From: Yuukianura sp. NJ FZ-2021
Lineage: Eukaryota
DNA length: 64,000 nucleotides
Direction: 5' to 3'
Assembly (NCBI GenBank): GCA_046563655.1
Contig: CM102288.1
Coordinates: 930,001-994,000 of the forward strand
How positions within the stretch are numbered: the stretch's first letter is position 1; each line of letters starts with the position of its first letter. The notes beneath the pieces were generated by a model. The model worked only from the letters and a program-made list of their open reading frames with translations, ran no database searches and was not told the origin of the DNA. Below are positions 43,338 to 54,800 of the stretch, in pieces. The translations under genes and the position numbers were made by a program.

Positions 43338-44096
43338 TCATTTTGGGGCAGGGAATGAGCTTCGAGTGGCCGAAGCAAAGGTTCTGGGAATAGTCGAATT
43401 TGATGTTCCTGGTGCTAGAGTTCGGGATTCATAAGCCCGTTGTCTTAATTCGCGATTTTTTTGTCTTTCAAGTCTGGTTTCCGCAGTAAGGTCTTCGGTA
43501 ATGGAGTAAATGTCTTTGTTTTGTATGAACGTCTTCCGAAGCTGTAGAGCTCGCATGCGTTGGGCAAATGTAGAAATTCGAACTTTAATTGGGCGGGGCT
43601 TATCAGACGACGGGTTCAATTTTCCAATTCTGAATGCATCTTCTACGTTGACCGGAACGTTGTAGTGGTTAAAAAAGTCGTTGGTGATGTTCATCGTGTT
43701 TTCATTAGTAGTTTCCGAAAGTCCGTGGATAAGAATGTTGTTGCGTCTTAATTCGTCAGTGAGACGGGAGTTCATTTTTTTCAGTTGGTCGATTTCTTGT
43801 TGTTGCTGTTCTGTTTTCGTTTGTAGTTCTTCGATTTGTTCTTGGTATTTTTCCAATTTGAGTTCGATGGAGTCGCATCTCGTGTCAATTTTTGCGTCGA
43901 TCTTTTCGGATCTGTCAATCAGTTTTGTAATTGCCGCCATTAGATCTTCATTCGAGACATTTGATCTTTTTGAGTATGGTTCGTTTCCGTTGTTAGGATC
44001 CGATTCGGCAGGTCGTTTGCTTCCTTTGTTTTGTGGGAGGAAAGGTAGGGTGGTTTGCGACATGTTCTGTGACACGGGTGAGCGTGAGATTGGCAT
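43338..44096 (-). CDS. LINE ORF1: coiled coil plus RRM-like (L1 ORF1p-like) nucleic-acid chaperone (252 aa)
   Basis: Heptad coiled coil followed by RRNNILIHGL...RIGK...KPRPIKV...ITEDLT. Lies directly upstream of ORF2. Confidence 0.88.
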   Translation of the reverse strand: MPISRSPVSQNMSQTTLPFLPQNKGSKRPAESDPNNGNEPYSKRSNVSNEDLMAAITKLIDRSEKIDAKIDTRCDSIELKLEKYQEQIEELQTKTEQQQQEIDQLKKMNSRLTDELRRNNILIHGLSETTNENTMNITNDFFNHYNVPVNVEDAFRIGKLNPSSDKPRPIKVRISTFAQRMRALQLRKTFIQNKDIYSITEDLTAETRLERQKNRELRQRAYESRTLAPGTSNSTIPRTFASATRSSFPAPK

Positions 44097-44110
44097 CAGC
44101 TTTTAATTTT

Positions 44111-44574
44111 AGGTTACTCTACTGAGTTACCTCTTAGGTTACCCTACTGGGTTACCTTAGGTTACTCTACTGAGTTACCTTGGACCGTAGGTTACCCTAC
44201 TGGGTTACCTTAGGTTACTCTACTGAGTTACCTTAAACCGTAGGTTACCCTACTGGGTTACCTTAGGTTACTCTACTGAGTTACCTTAGGTTACTCTACT
44301 GAGTTACCTTAAGCCGTAGGTTACCCTACTGGGTTACCTTAGGTTACTCTACTGAGTTACCTTGGGCTGTAGGTTACCCTACTGGGTTACCTTAGGTTAC
44401 TCTACTGAGTTACCTTGGGCCGTAGGTTACCCTACTGGGTTACCTTAGGTTACCCTACTGAGTTACCTTGGGCCGTAGGTTACCCTACTGGGTTACCTTA
44501 GGTTACTCTACTGAGTTACCTTGGGCCGTAGGTTACCCTACTGAGTTACCTTAGGTTACTCTACTGAGTTACCT
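44111..44574 (-). repeat. Array of 18 palindromic 22-bp units in the LINE 5' UTR
   Basis: Plus-strand units AGGTTACTCTACTGAGTTACCT (9), AGGTTACCCTACTGGGTTACCT (7) and hybrid AGGTTACCCTACTGAGTTACCT (2), separated mostly by 1-nt or 8-nt linkers. Confidence 0.95.
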
Positions 44575-46384
44575 TTGACCTTTGAAAAGGTAAACGGCGT
44601 AATCGGTCGAGGAGAAATTGGCGTAGGGATAACGTAATTGATTGAACTTTAATGACTTGGAGTTAAAGATTGGATGCTGTAATTACTGGATGTGTTCTGA
44701 ATAGACGTTGGAGGTTGCTACTAGACGATTACTGTTCGGTTTTAAGTGTAGACGAGCAGTGTGTTGTGGTAGTACTAATTCCTCTTGTTGTGCCTGTGCA
44801 ATGACGAGTCTTGTGCTGATCGACTGTAGCGACTTGATGTGCACTGGAACTGGCAGGGTGTCGTCTCGTGTCACTGGACAATTAAAAGGACTGGAACAGG
44901 ACGGGTGTCGTAAGCCTTTGGTAGATTGTAATGCTCTTGGCCTATGTCAAAGCGTGAGTCCTCTCCTATGTCTCGTTCAGTGCTTGATTAGTTATTGATG
45001 CCTTTGCCGTTTAGTAGTTGATTGTTATTGATTACTGGTAGCTGGTTGTCTGTTAGCCACTGATGATTCGTTTGTCACGAGACACAATAGTATTGCGTTA
45101 CCTTCATTAATGTTAGTACTTGTCCACGAGAACGAATGGTCAGCTGATCGAAAAGTACTAAAAAATCCCACAATTAGCTCCCTGGTACTGCCAAAAGTAG
45201 TATCAGCGTGTGCGGGAAGAGTTGCTCTGTTGAATTCCAGTTGATTCCAGTGACCAAGGTTAGTTAATTGGTGAATAAAAATGATTGATTAGGGAGCCTG
45301 TCTTTTTCGTTCACCAGAAACACCCCTCCTTTTACACCGTAGTCTAAAACAAGCTTCATTTTCGAGTTAAGTTGCTCTGCCGTAAAGAATTTTGGAATGA
45401 CAATCTCACTGAAGCAAGCATGTACCTCGATGTCAGTCGCCTCTTCGCTGATATTCAACTTCAGAACGTCATCTGGAAACCCTCCCCAACCGGTCCATGC
45501 TTTTAACAAATCTCCTAACTTGTCGTCTAAAAACAATCAAAAGCAAATTATAATTTCATAAGTGGTTTAAATGTTACCAGTTAATGGAGTTACTGTTCAG
45601 ATCAAATAAGAAACCGCAAAAACACCTGCACATCGTCATGTTCTTTTTCCCAAAAAGTAGTTTAAGAGTTAATTAATGTCATCTTTCCTTTAAAGCAGAA
45701 ATCGTTCTTACCCAAAGTTAGGATTGTGTCACTTAATCCGAAAGCGGAAAGCGAGGCGAGTCGGATTGAGTTCGGAGCATTTGCTTCGGCACGATCCCCT
45801 AAGGAACAAAACGGTTTCGTCCAGACCCTATCCTGTGCTACTCTACTGCTACGATTTGTTGAACGACCAACGGTTCTTCCTCTCCCAGCTGGTGAAGCGT
45901 ATGGCAGGAAATTTCGCCTTGCCTCCTAGTAAATCCTAGCCGGCGTACTGGGCAACATGACAGGGCGAGAAACAGATAAATTCGAGGGACCTGGGCTATC
46001 AGTTGTCATATTGTCTCTCGCTAATGCTGCCTGAGACGCTGCAAATAACAATCAGTATTAGAACGTAACCATTATAAAACATGAAACTATAACTTAGATT
46101 TCCGGAATAAGTTACCATTATTGTTATTTGAAGATGCAATGGCGTTCCTTATTTCGTCTAAAAGGTTTAAGACACGTTGTCGTGTGACATCCATGTTTAT
46201 ACGAAGGAACTAAGTTACTGGAAACAGGAACAATTTGCGAAGTGCAAATAATAAATATTCAACATCTGAGCACATAACAACCAACAAATTGATATTCCCT
46301 CGCCTGGACCACATGATGAGTTGGACAAAAAAATAGTAGGCGGAGGGAGTTGTTCTTGTGTGTGAAAGCAGAAAGTAGTAGACG

Positions 46385-46620
46385 TGTGCAAAAGTTGTTC
46401 TTGTGTGTAAAAGTTGTTCTTGTGTGCAAAAGTTGTTCTTGTGCGTGAGAGTTGTTCTTGTGTGCAAAAGTTGTTCTTGTGTGCAAAAGTTGTTCTTGTG
46501 TGCAAAAGTTGTTCTTGTGTGCAAAAGTTGTTCTTGTGTGCAAAAGTTGTTCTTGTGTGTAAAAGTTGTTCTTGTGTGCAAAAGTAGTTCTTGTGTGTAA
46601 AAGTTGTTCTTGTGTGAAAA
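46385..46620 (-). repeat. 19-bp minisatellite in right TIR (~12 copies)
   Basis: Reverse complement of the left-TIR unit (AAAAGTTGTTCTTGTGTGC). Confidence 0.92.
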
Positions 46621-47106
46621 CTCAAACATTAGGTTGTGTGTTTTGATGTTGCTGTTGTGCGCGGTGGTTACATTTATGAGTCGATTCTCCCCTCATAGTA
46701 ATCTACTTTGAAGCACTCAATTCAAAAGCAAACAAGAACAAGCTTTTTAGTAAACTACAATGTAGTACACACCTTTTCATGTGGTCAATTCATGCTCAAA
46801 AGTGACACTTAAGGATGTGGTCAACAAAAAAAAAGTTTTACTAAAAACTAGTTTTAAATTATAATTGTATCAACAAAACCCAATTTTTACTTGTGTATTT
46901 GAAACGGATGCGAATTGGAAGTGCAGAAACGTACAATTTAATTCATTTCCATAAATTATTGAAAATTAATTTTATGCAATCCATTTTCAAGTTAGCATAA
47001 AAGTTGGTACAAAACTAAGAGCTTGAAATTCCGCAAAACCCGAACGTTTTCTATAAATTAAATTTGAAGACGAGTAGAGAAACAGCATTTGAAATCAAAA
47101 TTTGCG

Positions 47107-47400
47107 TTATCGTTCCTCTTCTATTAAACAGTAACCCATTCGAGCAGAAAACTGACAGTTTCCGGCACAGTAGTTTTGACAATCCGAGTCTGTAGCGTAG
47201 CAACACCCTGCAAATTACACAAAACATGAATATTATGGGGGGAAAGTTGTTGCTATTTACAATCTCTCACTTTTATATCATATTTTAGCAAAAAATAAAT
47301 AAAATTAAATGTAAAATAATTTATAGTAACCTTGAGCTGCTGTGAGTGTTACTAAAATGACCAGCAGAGCAATAAAAACAAATTTTAGTAAACTGGCCAT
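47107..47400 (-). CDS. 56-aa secreted six-cysteine peptide (defensin/toxin-like architecture)
   Basis: Exon 1 47400-47331 (signal peptide, phase-1 intron) and exon 2 47207-47107: MASLLKFVFIALLVILVTLTAAQGCCYATDSDCQNYCAGNCQFSARMGYCLIEEER*. TATAAAA at ~47497-47503 on the minus strand. Confidence 0.78.
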
Positions 47401-48802
47401 TTTTTTAGGCTGGTTGTTGTTTTTGAAAAATATTTTGAAAAGTTGTTCAAAACTTGAAATTTTGGAATAATGTATTGCTGTGAAAGTGGTGGCTCCTTTT
47501 ATACTGGAACTAACCACACCTACCTCTAATTTCTCACCATTTAAATCATAAATTAGTAAAAACGGGCAGTTAAATTAATGATTACCCCGCGGCACTTTCT
47601 TTCCTGTTGAAAACGATTTTTTACTGTAGGCACCATTCATGTACTCGTGGTCAATAAACTTTGTACTGGACAGTTCTTCTAATTGGCAAATTACTATGAG
47701 GGGTTAAGGATGTACTGAAACTACTGTTTGTGTATGAGACAACAACGTAGTATGGTGGGAGCAGACTAAATTTCTTGTAGTTCATAGTTTCGGCGGCGGC
47801 AAAATCAAAAGTGTTTAGGTAATTGTGAATACAGTTTTTTTCCATATCCGTTTGTACATCCGTTTTTGAAAATATCAACTTACAAAAATCCATTGAGAGT
47901 TCTTTACCTTGATGTTGGTGGAACAAACGTGAATGGAAAATTTTGTGCAATTTTGGATGCAGTTTTGGCATTGAAGGCGTCGAAGGAAATTAGCAAACTG
48001 AAAATTGCGTCATATCGGTTTGCCTTTGTCTTTCACAAATTTCTAGCCCTGGAAAACGTTATACTTTTCTCATACTAGAAGCACAAGTTAAGTCTCCACA
48101 AAAAAATTGCATCTGCGTCAATGTAATTATGTAATTACTGTAGTGTACTTACGTAATTACTGCATAGCGAGGTACAATTACTCTAGAAATTGAGGCGTAT
48201 AGAAAGTTAAAAGAAACAGGAACATACGCAGTATAGTTGAAAACTAGGCCAACGCTGAAACCCTATTCAATGCCTCAATTAGGGGTAATTAAATAAAACT
48301 TTAAAAATTCAAACTTTAAAAAGAATACAATTGAAATTTTGAGTTCTTTCATGATTTTGTTTTCATTATTTCACACATTCCGGACGGCTTGATGACTACA
48401 ATTAATTTTTTCCAGTTTAAAAAGTTATCATGCCGAAATCATTGTAATGAAACTTATCTACGCTCACTCAGTTGCAGTTGGCGAAAAAGTTCAACTTTTT
48501 ACTTTTAGTAAATTGAAAGGAACAGAAATTTCTCATTAGCATCATTGTTATTCTCTTAATTTTTGCACAATTCAAAATTTGCTACAGAATACGAATTATA
48601 CAGCAAATCGAATAAAATCAATTTGTAAAAAACAAAAAGTCAAAGCAAGAGATATAGAAAATTTTATTCTAGGCTGTTTTTACCGTAGGTGCAAATTTTC
48701 CAAATTTTCAATTTTTTTAATACAAATTTTGAAGAGTTGTCTAATCTTGTGGCTCCATAACTTATGTCTGTGACTTCTTGGATCCGTGTTCTGTTCTGAA
48801 TG

Positions 48803-51800
48803 TTAGAAATTTTGAATTACGGGCGTGGTGATCCGGGAACGAATTGGTAGAGCAGCATCGTGCCACATCCGATTCCAAGGACGACCAGATACACTACCGT
48901 TACCAATGCAAGGTCGAATACAACAGAAGTTCCTGGCTTCGTTTTGGTATGGCGCGTCATTTTTCGGATTTAGATTCCTTAATACTGAATTTCCCAAACC
49001 TACACTGCAACTTACAATGAAATTTTTGGGTTATAAAATGAGTCCAGGACAGGAGCCACAATTTGGTCATTACTATTTCAAGTGTTTTAATGATAATTTA
49101 AACTTTATCATTTTTCAACGTTATCTTTGTAATAATCTGAGTGCCAATGCAATTAGAACAGATAATTACCAGATTAAAAAGAGCTTAACAAAATGGAAAA
49201 CTTTGCACAAATTGCATGTCAAGGCTATTTCACAATCATGTCAAAAAGGTAGGCAACAAAGCGGTGAAAGTTGTGATAGAATTTCTCAAAATGAAATATT
49301 TGGAATGTTTTAAAAAAAATTAAATTGTGTTAAAAATTTTGCTAAAAAACATGATTTCCCGAGTCAAGAAATCAAATGAGGGAACTTTCTTGAGAATTTT
49401 TTAAATGCATTTAATATATTCTAAGAGCCAATTTTCACACTAATTAACTAAAAATTTGATTTTTTGTAATTTTTTGTGTTAGTAATCCGAAATTCCAGAA
49501 CTTCTTTTTTCCATCCAGATCCCGATTACTTGCATGGGCAAGAGCATTGGCCTCCTGGAAGATAAATTCTATGTCGAAAGTAGTCCTGGGTTGAAGCAGG
49601 ACTTTCTCCACTGAAATTCAAAGTCACTTGTTCAGCCGATGGTTGTCCATTGATGATAACGACATTCGGTTTCTTTAGTTGTTGCTCAGTTGTAGTTGTA
49701 GTAATCTTAGTGAAGATTTGCTTGGTTCCCTGTTGTCCATTAAAGTCAATCACATTTGGATTCTTCGGTTCCTCCTCAACGAAGATCATGTTCGAATCGT
49801 TTGGCTCCTCCTTAGAACTCACCGTTATGTCTCCCAGATTATGCGGCTCTCCATTGATGTAGACGATGTGTTCTTGTTCTGTGGAAGTCGTCGGCACGTC
49901 TTCTTGAATTTGAGGTTGACCATTGATGTAAATGATATGATGGTGTTGGCTTGGTTCTTCGTGGGTAGTCACCGTGGTCACGCGTTCTTCAATTTGAGGC
50001 TTGCCATTAATAAAGACAATCTGGGGCTTCTTTGGTTCCTCTTCCGTGGTAACAGTCGTGATGGTTTCTTCAGTTTGGGGCTGCCCATTGATGTAGCTGA
50101 TGTGGGGCTTGTTTGGTTCTTCTTCAGATGTAACAGTCGTGATGCCTTCTAGAGTCTGAGGTCGGCCGATGATAATGTGTTGGATTGGTTTTTCCTCTTC
50201 AGAAGTAACAGTCGTGATGGTTTCTTCAGTTTGAGGCTGCCCATTGATGTAGATAATGTGGGGCTTGTTTGGTTCCTCTTCAGAAGTAACAGTCGTGATG
50301 CCTTCTAGAGTCTGAGGTCGGCCGATGATAATGTGTTGGATTGGTTTTTCCTCTTCAGAAGTAACAGTCGTGATGGTTTCTTCAGTTTGAGGCTGCCCAT
50401 TGATGTAGATGATGTGGGGCTTGTTTGGTTCCTCTTCAGAAGTAACAGTCGTGATGCCTTCTAGAGTCTGAGGTCGGCCGATGATAATGTGTTGGATTGG
50501 TTTTTCCTCTTCAGAAGTAACAGTCGTGATGGTTTCTTCAGTTTGAGGCTGCCCATTGATGTAGATAATGTGGGGCTTGTTTGGTTCCTCTTCAGAAGTA
50601 ACAGTCGTGATGCCTTCTAGAGTCTGAGGTCGGCCGATGATAATGTGTTGGATTGGTTTTTCCTCTTCAGAAGTAACAGTCGTGATGGTTTCTTCAGTTT
50701 GAGGCTGCCCATTGATGTAGATGATGTGGGGCTTGTTTGGTTCCTCTTCAGAAGTAACAGTCGTGATGCCTTCTAGAGTCTGAGGTCGGCCGATGATAAT
50801 GTGTTGGATTGGTTTTTCCTCTTCATAAGTAACAGTCGTGATGGTTTCTTCAGTTTGAGGCTGCCCATTGATGTAGATAATGTGGGGCTTGTTTGGTTCC
50901 TCTTCAGAAGTAACAGTCGTGATGCCTTCTAGCGTCTGAGGTCGGCCGATGATAATTTGTTGGATTGGTTTTTCCTCTTCAGAAGTAACAGTCGTGATGG
51001 TTTTTTCAGTTTGAGGCTGCCCATTGATGTAGATAATGTGGGGCTTGTTTGGTTCCTCTTCAGAAGTAACAGTCGTGATGCCTTCTAGAGTCTGAGGTCG
51101 GCCGATGATAATGTGTTGGATTGGTTTTTCCTCTTCAGAAGTAACAGTCGTGATGGTTTCTTCAGTTTGAGGCTGCCCATTGATGTAGATAATGTGGGGC
51201 TTGTTTGGTTCCTCTTCAGAAGTAACAGTCGTGATGCCTTCTAGAGTCTGAGGTCGGCCGATGATAATGTGTTGGATTGGTTTTTCCTCTTCAGAAGTAA
51301 CAGTCGTGATGGTTTCTTCAGTTTGAGGCTGCCCATTGATGTAGATGATGTGGGGCTTGTTTGGTTCCTCTTCAGAAGTAACAGTCGTGATGCCTTCTAG
51401 AGTCTGAGGTCGGCCGATGATAATGTGTTGGATTGGTTTTTCCTCTTCAGAAGTAACAGTCGTGATGGTTTCTTCAGTTTGAGGCTGCCCATTGATGTAG
51501 ATGATGTGGGGCTTGTTTGGTTCCTCTTCAGAAGTAACAGTCGTGATGCCTTCTAGAGTCTGAGGTCGGCCGATGATAATGTGTTGGATTGGTTTTTCCT
51601 CTTCAGAAGTAACAGTCGTGATGGTTTCTTCAGTTTGAGGCTGCCCATTGATGTAGATGATGTGGGGCTTGTTTGGTTCCTCTTCAGAAGTAACAGTCGT
51701 GATGCCTTCTAGAGTCTGAGGTCGGCCGATGATAATGTGTTGGATTGGTTTTTCCTCTTCAGAAGTAACAGTCGTGATGGTTTCTTCAGTTTGAGGCTGC

Positions 51801-54800
51801 CCATTGATGTAGATGATGTGGGGCTTGTTTGGTTCCTCTTCAGAAGTAACAGTCGTGATGCCTTCTAGAGTCTGAGGTCGGCCGATGATAATGTGTTGGA
51901 TTGGTTTTTCCTCTTCAGAAGTAACAGTCGTGATGGTTTCTTCAGTTTGAGGCTGCCCATTGATGTAGATAATGTGGGGCTTGTTTGGTTCCTCTTCAGA
52001 AGTAACAGTCGTGATGCCTTCTAGAGTCTGAGGTCGGCCGATGATAATGTGTTGGATTGGTTTTTCCTCTTCAGAAGTAACAGTCGTGATGGTTTCTTCA
52101 GTTTGAGGCTGCCCATTGATGTAGATAATGTGGGGCTTGTTTGGTTCCTCTTCAGAAGTAACAGTCGTGATGCCTTCTAGAGTCTGAGGTCGGCCGATGA
52201 TAATGTGTTGGATTGGTTTTTCCTCTTCAGAAGTAACAGTCGTGATGGTTTCTTCAGTTTGAGGCTGCCCATTGATGTAGATAATGTGGGGCTTGTTTGG
52301 TTCCTCTTCAGAAGTAACAGTCGTGATGCCTTCTAGAGTCTGAGGTCGGCCGATGATAATGTGTTGGATTGGTTTTTCCTCTTCAGAAGTAACAGTCGTG
52401 ATGGTTTCTTCAGTTTGAGGCTGCCCATTGATGTAGATAATGTGGGGCTTGTTTGGTTCCTCTTCAGAAGTAACAGTCGTGATGCCTTCTAGAGTCTGAG
52501 GTCGGCCGATGATAATGTGTTGGATTGGTTTTTCCTCTTCAGAAGTAACAGTCGTGATGGTTTCTTCAGTTTGAGGCTGCCCATTGATGTAGATAATGTG
52601 GGGCTTGTTTGGTTCCTCTTCAGAAGTAACAGTCGTGATGCCTTCTAGAGTCTGAGGTCGGCCGATGATAATGTGTTGGATTGGTTTTTCCTCTTCAGAA
52701 GTAACAGTCGTGATGGTTTCTTCAGTTTGAGGCTGCCCATTGATGTAGATGATGTGGGGCTTGTTTGGTTCCTCTTCAGAAGTAACAGTCGTGATGCCTT
52801 CTAGAGTCTGAGGTCGGCCGATGATAATGTGTTGGATTGGTTTTTCCTCTTCAGAAGTAACAGTCGTGATGGTTTCTTCAGTTTGAGGCTGCCCATTGAT
52901 GTAGATGATGTGGGGCTTGTTTGGTTCCTCTTCAGAAGTAACAGTCGTGATGCCTTCTAGAGTCTGAGGTCGGCCGATGATAATGTGTTGGATTGGTTTT
53001 TCCTCTTCAGAAGTAACAGTCGTGATGGTTTCTTCAGTTTGAGGCTGCCCATTGATGTAGATGATGTGGGGCTTGTTTGGTTCCTCTTCAGAAGTAACAG
53101 TCGTGATGCCTTCTAGCGTCTGAGGTCGGCCGATGATAATGTGTTGGATTGGTTTTTCCTCTTCAGAAGTAACAGTCGTGATGGTTTCTTCAGTTTGAGG
53201 CTGCCCATTGATGTAGATAATGTGGGGCTTGTTTGGTTCCTCTTCAGAAGTAACAGTCGTGATGCCTTCTAGAGTCTGAGGTCGGCCGATGATAATGTGT
53301 TGGATTGGTTTTTCCTCTTCAGAAGTAACAGTCGTGATGGTTTCTTCAGTTTGAGGCTGCCCATTGATGTAGATAATGTGGGGCTTGTTTGGTTCCTCTT
53401 CAGAAGTAACAGTCGTGATGCCTTCTAGAGTCTGAGGTCGGCCGATGATAATGTGTTGGATTGGTTTTTCCTCTTCAGAAGTAACAGTCGTGATGGTTTC
53501 TTCAGTTTGAGGCTGCCCATTGATGTAGATAATGTGGGGCTTGTTTGGTTCCTCTTCAGAAGTAACAGTCGTGATGCCTTCTAGCGTCTGAGGTCGGCCG
53601 ATGATAATGTGTTGGATTGGTTTTTCCTCTTCAGAAGTAACAGTCGTGATGGTTTCTTCAGTTCGAGGCTGCCCATTGATGTAGATAATGTGGGGCTTGT
53701 TTGGTTCCTCTTCAGAAGTAACAGTCGTGATGCCTTCTAGCGTCTGAGGTCGGCCGATGATAATGTGTTGGATTGGTTTTTCCTCTTCAGAAGTAACAGT
53801 CGTGATGGTTTCTTCAGTTTGAGGCTGCCCATTGATGTAGATGATGTGGGGCTTGTTTGGTTCCTCTTCAGAAGTAACAGTCGTGATGCCTTCTAGAGTC
53901 TGAGGTCGGCCGATGATAATGTGTTGGATTGGTTTTTCCTCTTCAGAAGTAACAGTCGTGATGGTTTCTTCAGTTTGAGGCTGCCCATTGATGTAGATAA
54001 TGTGGGGCTTGTTTGGTTCCTCTTCAGAAGTAACAGTCGTGATGCCTTCTAGAGTCTGAGGTCGGCCGATGATAATGTGTTGGATTGGTTTTTCCTCTTC
54101 AGAAGTAACAGTCGTGATGGTTTCTTCAGTTTGAGGCTGCCCATTGATGTAGATAATGTGGGGCTTGTTTGGTTCCTCTTCAGAAGTAACAGTCGTGATG
54201 CCTTCTAGAGTCTGAGGTCGGCCGATGATAATGTGTTGGATTGGTTTTTCCTCTTCAGAAGTAACAGTCGTGATGGTTTCTTCAGTTTGAGGCTGCCCAT
54301 TGATGTAGATAATGTGGGGCTTGTTTGGTTCCTCTTCAGAAGTAACAGTCGTGATGCCTTCTAGAGTCTGAGGTCGGCCGATGATAATGTGTTGGATTGG
54401 TTTTTCCTCTTCAGAAGTAACAGTCGTGATGGTTTCTTCAGTTTGAGGCTGCCCATTGATGTAGATGATGTGGGGCTTGTTTGGTTCCTCTTCAGAAGTA
54501 ACAGTCGTGATGCCTTCTAGAGTCTGAGGTCGGCCGATGATAATGTGTTGGATTGGTTTTTCCTCTTCAGAAGTAACAGTCGTGATGGTTTCTTCAGTTT
54601 GAGGCTGCCCATTGATGTAGATGATGTGGGGCTTGTTTGGTTCCTCTTCAGAAGTAACAGTCGTGATGCCTTCTAGAGTCTGAGGTCGGCCGATGATAAT
54701 GTGTTGGATTGGTTTTTCCTCTTCAGAAGTAACAGTCGTGATGGTTTCTTCAGTTTGAGGCTGCCCATTGATGTAGATGATGTGGGGCTTGTTTGGTTCC

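Larger units (their letters stand above)
39793..45333 (-). mobile_element. Full-length non-LTR retrotransposon (LINE, probably RTE-X-like), 5.5 kb
   Basis: 16-bp TSD ACACCGTAGTCTAAAA at 39777-39792 and 45334-45349. Two intact ORFs. 3' AATAAA (39815-39820) followed by a (GATT)5 microsatellite tail. 5' UTR of ~1.2 kb. Confidence 0.93.
39755..46194 (-). pseudogene. Decayed, internally deleted HECT E3 ligase-like (G2E3-like) gene split by the LINE
   Basis: Exon 46194-46116 (MDVTRQRVLNLLDEIRNAI...) splices in frame to exon 46038-~45712, which has a premature TAG at 45926-45928. The last exon from 45526 reads DDKLGDLLKAWTG...EVHACFSEIVIPKF..EQLNSKMKLVLDYGV|LINE|SGFGQL* (stop 39755-39757), i.e. a HECT C-lobe with HxC(F) and a terminal GFG. 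Confidence 0.7.
38907..46697. mobile_element. Non-autonomous TIR DNA transposon (IS3EU-like ends) carrying a HECT-like gene remnant; hosts a LINE insertion
   Basis: Termini TATGAGGGGAGAATCGACTCATAAATG / CATTTATGAGTCGATTCTCCCCTCATA. Long TIRs at 38907-39385 and 46308-46697. Flanking direct repeat GTAATC at 38901-38906 and 46698-46703. About 2.2 kb once the LINE is removed; no transposase seen. Confidence 0.85.

Noticed and set aside
44111..44574. CRISPR-like appearance (palindromic repeats with spacers) and TTAGG telomere-like words
   Set aside because: Linkers are only 1-8 nt and near-identical, there are no cas genes, and the context is a eukaryotic LINE 5' UTR. TTAGG occurs only at unit junctions, not as (TTAGG)n.
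45264..45536. 90-aa ORF as a stand-alone gene or LINE ORF0
   Set aside because: It is a chimera of the HECT-like last exon and the LINE 5' end across the TSD.
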